From positions 1-40,981 of the IMG/VR virus record IMGVR_UViG_3300030330_001188: a stretch of DNA of 40,981 nt; one strand, written 5' to 3'. Below the pieces are notes generated by a model. That model saw only the letters and a program-made list of their open reading frames with translations, searched no databases and was not told the origin of the DNA. Each line of letters begins with the position of its first letter. Position 1 is the first letter of the stretch. Positions 24,681 to 35,469 of the stretch are shown here, one piece after another. The position numbers were made by a program, and so were the translations under genes. This DNA comes from a virus (lineage: Duplodnaviria; Caudoviricetes).

Positions 24681-26305
24681 TATATTCCTGAACCTAAGTT
24701 TCTTAGACTGTTAGCACTTCTAAAGAAGTTAGCTGTAGCTGCATCATACTTTGCCTGATTGTTTGCTAAATCTTTTTCATCTCCGTATATTTTATCTACA
24801 GCTCTATTTAGTCTTGATTGAAACATTGAATTAAATCTGTCTCCCATACCACTAAGTGCAAAAGCATCTTGAATACCTCCTGCCCAACTAGCAGGTCCTA
24901 GTCCTGCATCTGTTGTTACTTTAAATGAAGCTACTTTATTTCTAACCATACTGTCTATAGCTCTTGGGTCCATATATGGATACTGTTCTTTAAGGCTATT
25001 TCTATATGCTTCTTCTCCACCATCTGCAATAAACTTGTCATAGTTAATCTCACTAACTGTAGCATCTATGTCTTGCTTAACATTTTTTACAATCATTTTG
25101 TCAAAGTCATTTTTAGTTAGCTCTAAAAGTTTATTAACAACACCTTGTAAAGATTGTGCTTGTGTATAACTAAGTTTATCTGCACCTCCAAAGTAATTAC
25201 TAACTGCATCCATAGCTATATATCCTGCTGTCTCTGTATCATATACAGGTATATCAATACTAAAACTATCTAGTAATTTTTCATCTACTGAAGCAATATC
25301 ATTGTCTAATTCACCAAAGTAAAAATCTCTTATCTGTTCTTTTTTCTGTGGAGTAAATGCAAACTGACTTTGATACTGTGCTACTTCATCTCCTTGTAGC
25401 AAAGGTTGTCCTGTACTAGGGTCTAAGATTGCAGGCACTGACACTGATTGTCCATCTACTGTGACTACAATATCAGTTGTTTGCAGAGCAAGTAAAGCAC
25501 CTTCAATTAAAAATCCATCATCAAAATAAGGCACTCTACCTTCTAAGTTATGCTCTGTCATAGATGCTAATACGGCTGCTTGTGTTTGAGCATCCATTGC
25601 TCCTACTTCAAATCCTCCTACTAAATATCCTGATTTTACTAATTTAGTTTGTAGATTCCTAATATAGTCTTCAGACAACATATCATCCATAAACAATGTA
25701 GTAACTAACTCAGGAATATAAACAGGTTTATCACCGTATCCCTCTCCTGCTCCTTGATATCCCAGTGGTGTACCTAATACATCAAAACCTAAAAATTGTT
25801 TAATACCTTGTGTAGCAAGTCTTGACCTAATAGCTTCGTCAGGAGTTAATGGTGGAGGTGGGTCATTTAAACCTTGCCCTGGAAATACATACTCTCCATC
25901 TTCATCTTTTGGATACTCCTCTGCTACTCCTTCTTCATTTATAAAAAATCCAAATGGTGGTGGTACATCATTATTGTTATAAAAATTATCTACAGCCTCA
26001 TCTATTTCAGCAGGAGTTAATGCACGAGGTTCTCTAACCTGTTCTCCTCCTGAACCTAATGTTGGACCAGGGTTGTCTAAAGTTCCACTTGCTGAAGGTC
26101 CTCCTACTATATTTCCTTCTTGTTCTCTTTGTATGTAATTCTCAATATTAACAATAGGACTTCCGTCAGGCTTTGTAGCCTCTCTAGTTTCTCCAGTGTT
26201 TTGGTCATACCATAGTGCTTTTGAATAATCTACTGCACCACTTGGGTTAAATTTAGAAACTGTACCGTTTGATGTAAAAAGTATTTTAGATATTAATATC
26301 CACAT
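24680..26305 (-). CDS. Putative internal virion protein with possible peptidoglycan-binding segment
   Basis: YIRNLQTKLVKSGYL...GAMDAQTQAAV resembles PG_binding_1. Confidence 0.55.
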   Translation of the reverse strand: MWILISKILFTSNGTVSKFNPSGAVDYSKALWYDQNTGETREATKPDGSPIVNIENYIQREQEGNIVGGPSASGTLDNPGPTLGSGGEQVREPRALTPAEIDEAVDNFYNNNDVPPPFGFFINEEGVAEEYPKDEDGEYVFPGQGLNDPPPPLTPDEAIRSRLATQGIKQFLGFDVLGTPLGYQGAGEGYGDKPVYIPELVTTLFMDDMLSEDYIRNLQTKLVKSGYLVGGFEVGAMDAQTQAAVLASMTEHNLEGRVPYFDDGFLIEGALLALQTTDIVVTVDGQSVSVPAILDPSTGQPLLQGDEVAQYQSQFAFTPQKKEQIRDFYFGELDNDIASVDEKLLDSFSIDIPVYDTETAGYIAMDAVSNYFGGADKLSYTQAQSLQGVVNKLLELTKNDFDKMIVKNVKQDIDATVSEINYDKFIADGGEEAYRNSLKEQYPYMDPRAIDSMVRNKVASFKVTTDAGLGPASWAGGIQDAFALSGMGDRFNSMFQSRLNRAVDKIYGDEKDLANNQAKYDAATANFFRSANSLRNLGSGI

Positions 26306-29300
26306 TATTGACTTCCTTCGTAGCCTGTCTTATATTTATAACCATATTGTATCAGCTCATCTTCGTTTTCTCTTATTACTCTTTCTAAAACTTCGTCATT
26401 AAGAAACTGAAACAAAGGATACACTTTTATTATTTCTTGAGATTTTTTTCTTAACTCGTCTCTAGAAACTAACCAGTTTGAAGAACCAGTAACATCAGAA
26501 CCTAGGTTTCCTGTCTCTGTTCTTCTTACTGTTAGAGTAGAGTCTAAACTATCTAGCCATATCTTCAAACCTTTAATAACTTGTTCGTTCTGTAAATCAG
26601 GGTCTTCAGCCATAGCTCTTGCTTGTTTGAGGAAAGTACCTATATCTGTTCTAGATTCTGTTGTTGGTTTTTCTCCATATCCTACAAAGTAATCTGCCAA
26701 AGTTAGCTTGTATGCTGTTAACAAATTAGTTCTAATATCATCATCTTTTACATAAGAAGGACTGGTAGGGTCAGTAATACTTCTTCTATATCTTTCTAAT
26801 GCCATACGTCCTGCTGCTTGGTTTTGTAACTGTGCATACTCTGGTAAATTTATATCTACTCTTGCTGCATAATCTCCTAAATAGTTATCATTAAATGAAT
26901 TAACCCAAGAAGCCATAACAAATTCATCAATACCTATGTCAGGTCTTACATAATAAAATAATTCAGGGTACAAATCAAACTTTTCTTCATTTTCTTTTGC
27001 ATAGTCTAAAGCCTCATCTGTGTATGGCACACGTCTAATTTCTTTTGATTTAGATATAACTAATGCTGTAGGGTCAAAACCAAATACATTAGTAAATACT
27101 TCTGTTGCTATAACTTCATCTTGAAATTCATTTAAAAATCTTGCATACACAGTTTGTAATGTATTAAATCCAAACAATCTTCCTTCAGGGTCTATTCCTC
27201 TTTTCTTTAATTCTTGAGGGTCTACGTGTGCTAACCCACCTTCTTCTAGTTCTGCCTCCCATCTAAATGATGGTGTAGTAAATGTAAATTGTGCAGCAGA
27301 CTTTATCATATGTAGTATCCAAGCATCTCTTGAAACATTCTTTAATACAGTGTTCATCTCTGCTTGTGTTCTAGGTTCTTCACCCATTTGAATAGCACCA
27401 CTTATAAGTTTTGCTCTTAGTACTTCTTTAGCAGTATTTGTATATCCTCTTACCCATCCTTCAGGTGCTCCTTCTGTAAGTGCTGTTAGTTTTTGTAACC
27501 AAGGTGGTACTAACACATCTGCAGTTTGTTCTATTATTCCGCCTGTAGGTTCACCGAATGGGAATAAGAATTTATAGAATGCTCCTGTTTCTTTCATATT
27601 AGGCATTAATGCTTTAGCAGCAACCTGTGCTACTGGTCCTACTCCTGGTATTAACCCACCTGCAATAATGTTTACACCTGATGTAAAACCTACAGTTCTT
27701 AAGTTTACATCTACATTTTGTTGCTGACCATTCAGGTCTTGTTTCTGCACATTGTCAAAAAAGTTTTTTAGTATAGGGTCTAATAAAGGAAATACAAATA
27801 CTTCTTCATTTGTTCTTTCATCTGTATATATCATAGGTGCGTCATCTCCTGCATCACCACCAAGAAAGTTCCAATTAAATGGATTTCCTTCTTTTAATGT
27901 TTGTACGCTGACACTAGCTCTTCTAGCTTTAGTTGGATTTTCTCTTAACAATCTTGTCCAAGTACCTGCTATTTCTAAATGAACTTCTGCGAATGGGAAT
28001 AGTAATGCAGTTGCTTGTGAAAACTGAGAACGTCTATTTAAACTATAAAGTAAGTCTTCTGTTTCTGATAAAGCTAAAGACTTTAAAAACTCATCAAATT
28101 GTTCTAAATCATCAATACCTATACCTTCACCTACTGGTTTAGGTACAAGTTCTCTTAGTTTTTTGCGTGTGCTTTTAGGCATATATTGTGATGTAGTATC
28201 CATTCTTGTTATACGATATAAAGCATCTGCTTCTAATCTATCTGCCATCTTTTCTAAGTTTCTATAATAGAACTGTCTAAATGCAGGAGAACGAGACAGC
28301 TTGTTTGTTGGTCTTGACATTAAAGTATCAAACCATCTTTCTATAGCACTATCCCATTGACCTTTAGAAAATCTACCTGCATCTTCAAATTCTTTAGACA
28401 TCTTTACTACATCAGGACCTATGTTTGTTTGTTTATATAAAGTATCTACTAAGAAATCATACTGTTTAGGACTAGCAAATCTACCAATAGGTATAACTAC
28501 TGAGCTTTTTTGACCAGTAGGAACTGCATCAAATCCTCTGTTTGCAACCCACTGAATAAATTTATTTGACTTATCTCCATTTATTGGTTCGTATAACATA
28601 GGCATTGCAAGATTTGGATTGTCTGCAGATTTATATATTAATCCTTTATCTATTTCTCTTATAATTCCTGCCTCTAACATTGCTTCAAAATCTATACCTC
28701 TATCAAAATCAACATACCCAGGTAAGTTTGCTCGGTTGTAACCTTCGTTAAATACATATTTTTTAAAGGTACCTCCACCACCTGCTTTTTCAAATAGTCG
28801 TGCTACATAACTATTTAAAAGTTCCTTTGTTCTTTCTACATCACCATCAATTAATCTTCTTCCATAATCTGTAACTGCATCACCACTGTTAACCCATTCT
28901 TTGTAGGATTTTCTAACATCTAGTAATGATTGAAAAGTTATGTTTCCTTTTGTTAAACCTCTCATTCTGTCTTCATAAAATCTTAAGTCTTTTCCTTTAC
29001 CTGCTAAAAATTCTGCTAGTTCATCTATGTCTATAAATGGTGTTGAATTTCTAGTAATGCTACCACCAAATGCAGTGTTGCCTGCATCTACAATAATATT
29101 TGCTATTAAGTGCATTATGTCATCATCTGCTAATTGATTTATTTCTGTAGCCCAACCTTTAGCATATGTTCTTCTACTAGCACGTGAATTAGTTACAGAT
29201 GACTTTTTAATTGTTTTAAAGAACCTATCTATAGAAGCTGCTTTTCTAATCATTATTCCATTAGAGCCTCTAGACATAGCTTGTTTAAATAACAACTCTT

Positions 29301-32300
29301 GGGACATATCTTTACCTAATATGTCAAACTCACCAAACTTTAGTTTATCAATAAGTTTTTCTGTTAAAGCTAAATTGTTATCATCAAATCCTGGTATTGC
29401 TTTTTTAAATATTTTTTCTGCTCTAGCTGCATTTCTAACCATAAGTCCATCAGGCTTTAATACATATGCTAAGTGAGAAATAGGATGTGTAAATACCTGT
29501 GTTAAATCAGATGCCCACATTCTTAGTTGTTCTTCCATAATAACTCTTGTAGTCCAAGCAAATCTTAAGAGTGTTAAAGGTTTCCAAGCTGCTTGCATAA
29601 CATTATTTGCAAATCTTGTATATGCTCTGTTTACTATTTTGATACCGTCATCTGTTACACGTTTAGCATAAAGTGCATTAGCAAGTCCTTTAGTTATTGC
29701 GTTAGATGTTATGTTGCCTACATTAGCTACAGTTTCTAGCTGCTGTGTAGTTGTTAAGTTATTAAGTATTTGAAATGTATCATCATCAGTAACATCTTTT
29801 AATTCTTGAATAGAAATGTTGTCACCATATTTGTTGTATTCTGTTACTAACTCTCCAATAGCTTTGTCTTGTAATTCAGCTATATACTTTTGCGTTACTT
29901 TCTTACCTGAAGGAGATTTAACTGGTAATTCCCAACCTGCAACATAATCAGCAAACTTTTTATTTTTCGCAGCTAAAGAAATTATTGGGTTGCTTTCTAT
30001 GTTTTTACCTAGTAGTTGAGGGAGGTCGAATCTTTTTAGTCCTGTAAGTAAACCTACTCCTGACATTTTAAGTAAGCTATTTCTAAATGTACCTAGTATT
30101 CTAAATACATCATTAGGGTCAAACAAAGGAATATTTCCTACAAGCATTTCTGATAACAGATGTGCTGAAGGCACTGCTTCATCTGCGTTACCAAATGTAG
30201 CCATAATAAACTTTTGTATCTCTTCTTGTTTACCTGCTTTAGCTAACTCTTCAATCTTTGCATTTGTTGCTGCGTCTTCACCTATCTTTCTAATTCTTGA
30301 AGAAAATAAATCATTTGATTTAGATGTACCAAATCCTACGTCAACTATTTCATCTCCTACTAAAGACACCCAGTACTTTCTAGCTTCTTGTATTTCTGCT
30401 ACAAACTTTGTAATACCACCATTTAATGCACCAGGTAGTCCTCTTGCTTGCAATAATTTTTCTAGTTCACCTAATATTCCTGCATCTGCTGCAGTACCTG
30501 AACCATTAAGTAATTTAAAAAATTCTTCTGTTAATCTTAATTTAGAATAAGAACCACCTTCTAAATAATCATCTAATATCTTTGCATCAGTCCGTGCTAG
30601 TTTTTCATATAAATCTTTTCTTACTGATTTTTCAAAAGGTAAAGATTCAATAAGTTTTTCTATTTCTTTAATACCTTGTGTGTGAGATGTAGCAGTTATA
30701 AAAGCAGGACTAACTTGTCCAAACATTCTAGCCATAGCTGAATCTGTAAACTTTCTGCTTACAACAGCTCCTACTCCAAGAAAGCTACCCATATCAGACA
30801 TATTGATACGACCACCATCATCTAATACTTTACCTTTACTACTAAGATTTCTACCTAAATTTCTTGATAGCTTACCTCTAAAGGTATATGAGTACGGGTC
30901 TAACCTTTTTGTTATACCACCTGTTCTTACTTCTTGTGCAATAAGATTGCCAATAGTGTCCATATTTGGATTGTCTAACATACTTTGTAAAGTAGAAGGA
31001 CTAGCTTCAGGCATAAGTTTTCTTAAGTCTTGAAACTCTAATCCTCCTGATTGTATGTTTTCAGCAAGAAAATTATATATACCTCGTCCTATAGTTGTAT
31101 GCCATTCTTCAAAGTCAGTTTTATTTAATGATGGTTTTAGAAATTTTTGTAGACCTGCAAGTCTTTTTAATTCTTGTCTGTCTTGTAAATAAGATGTTTT
31201 AAAATTTGTAGTAAGTTGGTTAACATCTTTTTCTAGTTTCCAATATGCTGCCCATTCATCTGCTAATTCAGGAACTTCATCAGGATAATCATACCCTGAT
31301 AGTTTATCTCTTGCTTTATTTAGTTTGTTATCTCTAATCCTTCTTCTACCTGCTTTACTTAATGGACCTAATAATTTACGTGGTATTGTTGTTTGGTCTA
31401 ATGATATACTTTTTGGTGCAAAACCTTTTTTAATCCATCCGTGTGCTTGTTCATGTAATATTGTATTATCAATAACTTCTTCTATTGTATTAAACTTTGC
31501 TCTACTACCTTTATAATCTGCTCCTATGTACTGAAACCACTGTTTAAAGAAATTGGCATCTTTGTCTATAGCCTCAACCATTCCTTTAATTATGTCATTT
31601 CCCTCAAGATGAACTTCTGTATTTAAAGCCTTCTTATTAAAATATTTTTCTAACGGAGTGCCTTTAATTAAAGAAGCTATTTCTTGTGGTTCTAATCCAC
31701 GAAGTCTTGATATTATATTATTTAACATAGTACCATTTGCACCTGCTCTTCTTGGTTGCAAAAACTTACCACCTTCTATTGTTGATTCGTCAGTTAACTT
31801 TATATTGTTTACATAAAAACTATCTCCTGTATTTTTTGGAGTTCTACCTCTCCCATATCCACCACGTTCTATAAAGTCTTGTGCAGAAGTAGATTCATCT
31901 ATATATGCTTTATTTCTTCCATTAGCTTTAGCTATATCATTTAATTCATCTAATGTGTAAGCAACATCACCTTTTAATATTGTTGGTCCTACATCAACAG
32001 CTATGATTTCATTAGAAGCATATCTACCTCCTGTATTATCCATCAACCTCATAGCATTTTTACCATCTCTTTTTATATCTCTTCTAACTACTTGATATAC
32101 TCTGTTGCCTTGACCTATTGAAGTTCTTATTCCTACAGTGCCTGCAAGCTCAGCACTGTCTTCTACTACTTTAAATGTTTTTCCTGCTTTAGTTAGTTTT
32201 GTTGTCCAAGCACCTGCTAAGTTTGCAGGGTCAAGAAATAATGTAACAACACCATCAATAAGACCTGATATAAATTTATATCTATCTGTTCCTGGTTCTG

Positions 32301-33114
32301 ATATTTGTACAGCAGCTACTCTACCAGGGCTTATAGTAACTCCTCTGTATTTATTAGCTTCTACCTTAGCTCTTTCTGTTCCTGATATATCAAAACCTAA
32401 TTGTGCCTGTATTACTTTTTCTATTTCAGCTAATTGGTTAGGGTCTTTTATAGACTGTGATAATTCTTTATATATATCTGTCTCTCTTGCTAATGTGGAG
32501 TTACCAAAATATCCACTACCTAAATTAACTCTATTACCTTTTGCTAATTCACGTATTGCATATCCTGCTTGTGTTGGACCTAATTCATCTTTAGCTAATT
32601 CATAGTCTTTTCTAAACTCACCATATTCATCACCTAATGCAAGATTCATCAATGGTTTATCTAAACCAACTAAGTTAGAAAACATTTGTAAATAAGCAAG
32701 ATTAGGATTCATACCATTATCTATAAGAGCTCTTGCTGATGCTTGGAATGGTCTTTTAACTGCAGCTTCAGCTAATGAATCCATACCTACTATAGCATTT
32801 CTAACTAATCCTCTACCTGCTGCTTTAGTCTGTTCCCAAAAATTTCTACTTTGTTGTTGTTCTATTTCTATTTTTCTTTCAATAAGTAATGCAACTTCAG
32901 GCGATATAGAGCTATAACCTAGTAGAGCACTACCTACCATTATGTCTCTACCTAAATGATTACCCCATTTGTTTGTAATGTCTTCAAAGTTATTACCAAC
33001 TTCAGGTTTTGTACGAATTAAATTTTTAACAGAATTATATTTTTTACTTCTTTCGTTAGATTTGTCTATATAACTTTGTTCTAAGTCAGGTGGTTCAAAA
33101 GCATAAAATCCCAT
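26305..33114 (-). CDS. Large internal virion / DNA-ejection protein with HExxH motif
   Basis: 2269 aa, helical, with LFLDPAN, TILHEQAHG and a C-terminal LFPF...GPVAQ region as in podovirus ejection proteins. Confidence 0.65.
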   Translation of the reverse strand: MGFYAFEPPDLEQSYIDKSNERSKKYNSVKNLIRTKPEVGNNFEDITNKWGNHLGRDIMVGSALLGYSSISPEVALLIERKIEIEQQQSRNFWEQTKAAGRGLVRNAIVGMDSLAEAAVKRPFQASARALIDNGMNPNLAYLQMFSNLVGLDKPLMNLALGDEYGEFRKDYELAKDELGPTQAGYAIRELAKGNRVNLGSGYFGNSTLARETDIYKELSQSIKDPNQLAEIEKVIQAQLGFDISGTERAKVEANKYRGVTISPGRVAAVQISEPGTDRYKFISGLIDGVVTLFLDPANLAGAWTTKLTKAGKTFKVVEDSAELAGTVGIRTSIGQGNRVYQVVRRDIKRDGKNAMRLMDNTGGRYASNEIIAVDVGPTILKGDVAYTLDELNDIAKANGRNKAYIDESTSAQDFIERGGYGRGRTPKNTGDSFYVNNIKLTDESTIEGGKFLQPRRAGANGTMLNNIISRLRGLEPQEIASLIKGTPLEKYFNKKALNTEVHLEGNDIIKGMVEAIDKDANFFKQWFQYIGADYKGSRAKFNTIEEVIDNTILHEQAHGWIKKGFAPKSISLDQTTIPRKLLGPLSKAGRRRIRDNKLNKARDKLSGYDYPDEVPELADEWAAYWKLEKDVNQLTTNFKTSYLQDRQELKRLAGLQKFLKPSLNKTDFEEWHTTIGRGIYNFLAENIQSGGLEFQDLRKLMPEASPSTLQSMLDNPNMDTIGNLIAQEVRTGGITKRLDPYSYTFRGKLSRNLGRNLSSKGKVLDDGGRINMSDMGSFLGVGAVVSRKFTDSAMARMFGQVSPAFITATSHTQGIKEIEKLIESLPFEKSVRKDLYEKLARTDAKILDDYLEGGSYSKLRLTEEFFKLLNGSGTAADAGILGELEKLLQARGLPGALNGGITKFVAEIQEARKYWVSLVGDEIVDVGFGTSKSNDLFSSRIRKIGEDAATNAKIEELAKAGKQEEIQKFIMATFGNADEAVPSAHLLSEMLVGNIPLFDPNDVFRILGTFRNSLLKMSGVGLLTGLKRFDLPQLLGKNIESNPIISLAAKNKKFADYVAGWELPVKSPSGKKVTQKYIAELQDKAIGELVTEYNKYGDNISIQELKDVTDDDTFQILNNLTTTQQLETVANVGNITSNAITKGLANALYAKRVTDDGIKIVNRAYTRFANNVMQAAWKPLTLLRFAWTTRVIMEEQLRMWASDLTQVFTHPISHLAYVLKPDGLMVRNAARAEKIFKKAIPGFDDNNLALTEKLIDKLKFGEFDILGKDMSQELLFKQAMSRGSNGIMIRKAASIDRFFKTIKKSSVTNSRASRRTYAKGWATEINQLADDDIMHLIANIIVDAGNTAFGGSITRNSTPFIDIDELAEFLAGKGKDLRFYEDRMRGLTKGNITFQSLLDVRKSYKEWVNSGDAVTDYGRRLIDGDVERTKELLNSYVARLFEKAGGGGTFKKYVFNEGYNRANLPGYVDFDRGIDFEAMLEAGIIREIDKGLIYKSADNPNLAMPMLYEPINGDKSNKFIQWVANRGFDAVPTGQKSSVVIPIGRFASPKQYDFLVDTLYKQTNIGPDVVKMSKEFEDAGRFSKGQWDSAIERWFDTLMSRPTNKLSRSPAFRQFYYRNLEKMADRLEADALYRITRMDTTSQYMPKSTRKKLRELVPKPVGEGIGIDDLEQFDEFLKSLALSETEDLLYSLNRRSQFSQATALLFPFAEVHLEIAGTWTRLLRENPTKARRASVSVQTLKEGNPFNWNFLGGDAGDDAPMIYTDERTNEEVFVFPLLDPILKNFFDNVQKQDLNGQQQNVDVNLRTVGFTSGVNIIAGGLIPGVGPVAQVAAKALMPNMKETGAFYKFLFPFGEPTGGIIEQTADVLVPPWLQKLTALTEGAPEGWVRGYTNTAKEVLRAKLISGAIQMGEEPRTQAEMNTVLKNVSRDAWILHMIKSAAQFTFTTPSFRWEAELEEGGLAHVDPQELKKRGIDPEGRLFGFNTLQTVYARFLNEFQDEVIATEVFTNVFGFDPTALVISKSKEIRRVPYTDEALDYAKENEEKFDLYPELFYYVRPDIGIDEFVMASWVNSFNDNYLGDYAARVDINLPEYAQLQNQAAGRMALERYRRSITDPTSPSYVKDDDIRTNLLTAYKLTLADYFVGYGEKPTTESRTDIGTFLKQARAMAEDPDLQNEQVIKGLKIWLDSLDSTLTVRRTETGNLGSDVTGSSNWLVSRDELRKKSQEIIKVYPLFQFLNDEVLERVIRENEDELIQYGYKYKTGYEGSQ

Positions 33115-33117
33115 ACG

Positions 33118-33474
33118 TTATCCTATCATAGAGCTTGCTTCTTCACTACCTCCCAGTAAATCGTTAATAGCAGCTAGTATCATATTTGTATTGCTAGCTT
33201 GACCTGGCTCTACTGCTTCATAATTCATTTCGTTAGGTACAGTTTCGATTATAGGTCTATTGTTATTAGACGGTGCGAATGCTCCTCCACTTGATGCTAA
33301 TCTTTGTAAATCTACTAAATTTTGTGATGCTCCTACATTTTGTGTATTATCAGACACAGCAACTTCTGTTTCATCCATTTCAAGAGGTCCACCTCTAAGT
33401 AAACTTTCTCGTTGTGCAGAACCTTCTCCTCTTTGTGCATCTATATTAAATGCTTTTTTATTACCTCGGGTCAT
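33118..33474 (-). CDS. Hypothetical virion-region protein
   Basis: ORF downstream of the portal with FAPSNNNRPI. Confidence 0.6.
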   Translation of the reverse strand: MTRGNKKAFNIDAQRGEGSAQRESLLRGGPLEMDETEVAVSDNTQNVGASQNLVDLQRLASSGGAFAPSNNNRPIIETVPNEMNYEAVEPGQASNTNMILAAINDLLGGSEEASSMIG

Positions 33475-33697
33475 CTTCTACCCACACCATCTGCAACTTT
33501 CCATATCCTGGAACATATATTATTGTTAATCCATCCATATTACTCCACTCTTCTTCTAAGTTTTCTTGTCTAAAATCTTCTAATTGGTCGTTTAAATACA
33601 ACTCAGCAACATCAAGTTTATTAACTTGCCACTCTTCATTCATAACAATTTCGTGAAATTTTCTATTGTTTCTTTCAAAATCTTTAGGTTCAGGCAT
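33461..33697 (-). CDS. Hypothetical protein
   Basis: TAATG-coupled to the portal, SD GGAGG. Confidence 0.6.
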   Translation of the reverse strand: MPEPKDFERNNRKFHEIVMNEEWQVNKLDVAELYLNDQLEDFRQENLEEEWSNMDGLTIIYVPGYGKLQMVWVEDDPR

Positions 33698-35469
33698 TAC
33701 CCACCTCCTAATAATTGCATTACTTGATTAGGGCTTGGTGGTGGTCCTTGCTGTGGTGGGCCTCCTTGACCTAACATTTGTGCCATCATAGCTTCTTGTT
33801 GACTTGGTTCAGGTTCTTCTGCTGTATAAAACTTTTTAAGTATTGTTCCTATCTGATTTGGTTTATTATATATTTCTACTAAAGCCATAGATGCTTTAGG
33901 GTCACCTTGTGTAGCTTGTGCTAGTAATGACTCAAACATAACACTTTCGGCCTTGTCTTTTGTAATTCTTTCATTTATAGCTTGTAAATCTTCTAAACCA
34001 TCCATTTCACGTTGCATTGTAGATTTATCTATTATGCCTGCTTGTAGTAACTGTAAACCTGTAATAACTTTACTTGCCTCATCAAATGTAGCCATAGCAC
34101 CATACTTACGTCTTGTAAGATAGTTACCATCAATATCTGTTTTGGGTGTGTAGTTTTCAGCAAAAGCAGCACCTCTAATAGTTCCTACTAGTGGCTTACG
34201 TTTGTTCAAAACTAACTCATCTAACTCTAATCTTTTGTAATCTATTTCTTGTATAGCAACTTGCAATACTTTATGATATTCATTTACCATAGCACCTATA
34301 CCTGCGTTTAATTCTTCTAAACCTCTACCTGTAACAAAAGAATTAGGAGATATAGCATCATCACTTACTGGGTAACCTGCTACTGTTCTAAGGTGTCTTT
34401 CTATTCTTGATACAGATTCAAACAACTGGTAAGGCAAATTATTTACTGGTTTAATTACTTGAGAACCTGGTGTCAAATAATTTATAGCATTACGGCCTTT
34501 TCTATATTGTCCTGATTCTATTTCACCTACTACGTTTGTTTCTGTAAATACAGCGTCTTCCATAGCAATAACTGACATAACATTAATTTTGGCCATAGCA
34601 GCCATTAATCCTATTACTTGGTCAAACTGTCCTTGTATTTGGTCAAAAGAATATCTTTTAGCACAAACAAAAGCAGGGCCTGATTTAAGTGGATTAGGTA
34701 CAAAATCAACTATTTTTTGTGATGCAACATGTACAATGTATGTTCCTTCAGGGTTTATATACTCAACTATTAATTCACCATTATCGTTTGAGTTTTCCCA
34801 AGAACCACCTTCTGCTCCGTAGTTTGTATATAAACCTACAGTAAACCCATAAGGGTCGTCTTGTTCATCACTACGTTCTGCAAAATAGCTTTTAAGTTCA
34901 GGGTACATTTGAATTAAATTATTAACAGGTACATTTCTAATTGACACTAATTCATCTGCCATTTGGTTTGCACCTTGGTAACCAGGAAATGTAGTGTATG
35001 GGTCTCTTAATTCAGCCACAGGGAATGTATGACCTTGAGGGTCAGTCTTAGTTGTTATAACCCATACAGCAAAACCATATCCTGGTAACCATCTAGCCAC
35101 TTGTGGTAACTGTAATTCAAGTTGTTGAAACTGGTCGTATGATGTAACAATACGTTCTAGCTTATCTTTTTTCTTTTTATTTCTTTCACTATCTCTAGGG
35201 TTTGTAATATGTACATCTAAAGCAGGAACTCTACCTATTTTCTGTGCAAGTCTGTCTAGTGCTGATAGTAATAAGTTAGGAGCAGGTAACATATCTGCAT
35301 CTGTGCTAGATAAAGATTGACCTAGTAAAGCCTTTATGCCGTGTTCTCCTCCGTTAATAATTGCACGAAATCTAGCTCTATCAGGCAATGCTTGGTCGTG
35401 CATTGCTTTTAAATATTTTGTTCTGTCTAGTATGTCTTTAACTAACAATTTATCTCCACGGAGCGTCAT
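33697..35469 (-). CDS. Portal protein
   Basis: 590 aa directly after the terminase, with a Gln/Pro-rich C-terminal tail typical of podovirus portals. Confidence 0.78.
   Translation of the reverse strand: MTLRGDKLLVKDILDRTKYLKAMHDQALPDRARFRAIINGGEHGIKALLGQSLSSTDADMLPAPNLLLSALDRLAQKIGRVPALDVHITNPRDSERNKKKKDKLERIVTSYDQFQQLELQLPQVARWLPGYGFAVWVITTKTDPQGHTFPVAELRDPYTTFPGYQGANQMADELVSIRNVPVNNLIQMYPELKSYFAERSDEQDDPYGFTVGLYTNYGAEGGSWENSNDNGELIVEYINPEGTYIVHVASQKIVDFVPNPLKSGPAFVCAKRYSFDQIQGQFDQVIGLMAAMAKINVMSVIAMEDAVFTETNVVGEIESGQYRKGRNAINYLTPGSQVIKPVNNLPYQLFESVSRIERHLRTVAGYPVSDDAISPNSFVTGRGLEELNAGIGAMVNEYHKVLQVAIQEIDYKRLELDELVLNKRKPLVGTIRGAAFAENYTPKTDIDGNYLTRRKYGAMATFDEASKVITGLQLLQAGIIDKSTMQREMDGLEDLQAINERITKDKAESVMFESLLAQATQGDPKASMALVEIYNKPNQIGTILKKFYTAEEPEPSQQEAMMAQMLGQGGPPQQGPPPSPNQVMQLLGGG

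Noticed and set aside
26305-33114. Virion RNA polymerase
   Set aside because: No DxDGD/DFDID or T7-type polymerase motifs were found by eye. DFDRG is not a match.
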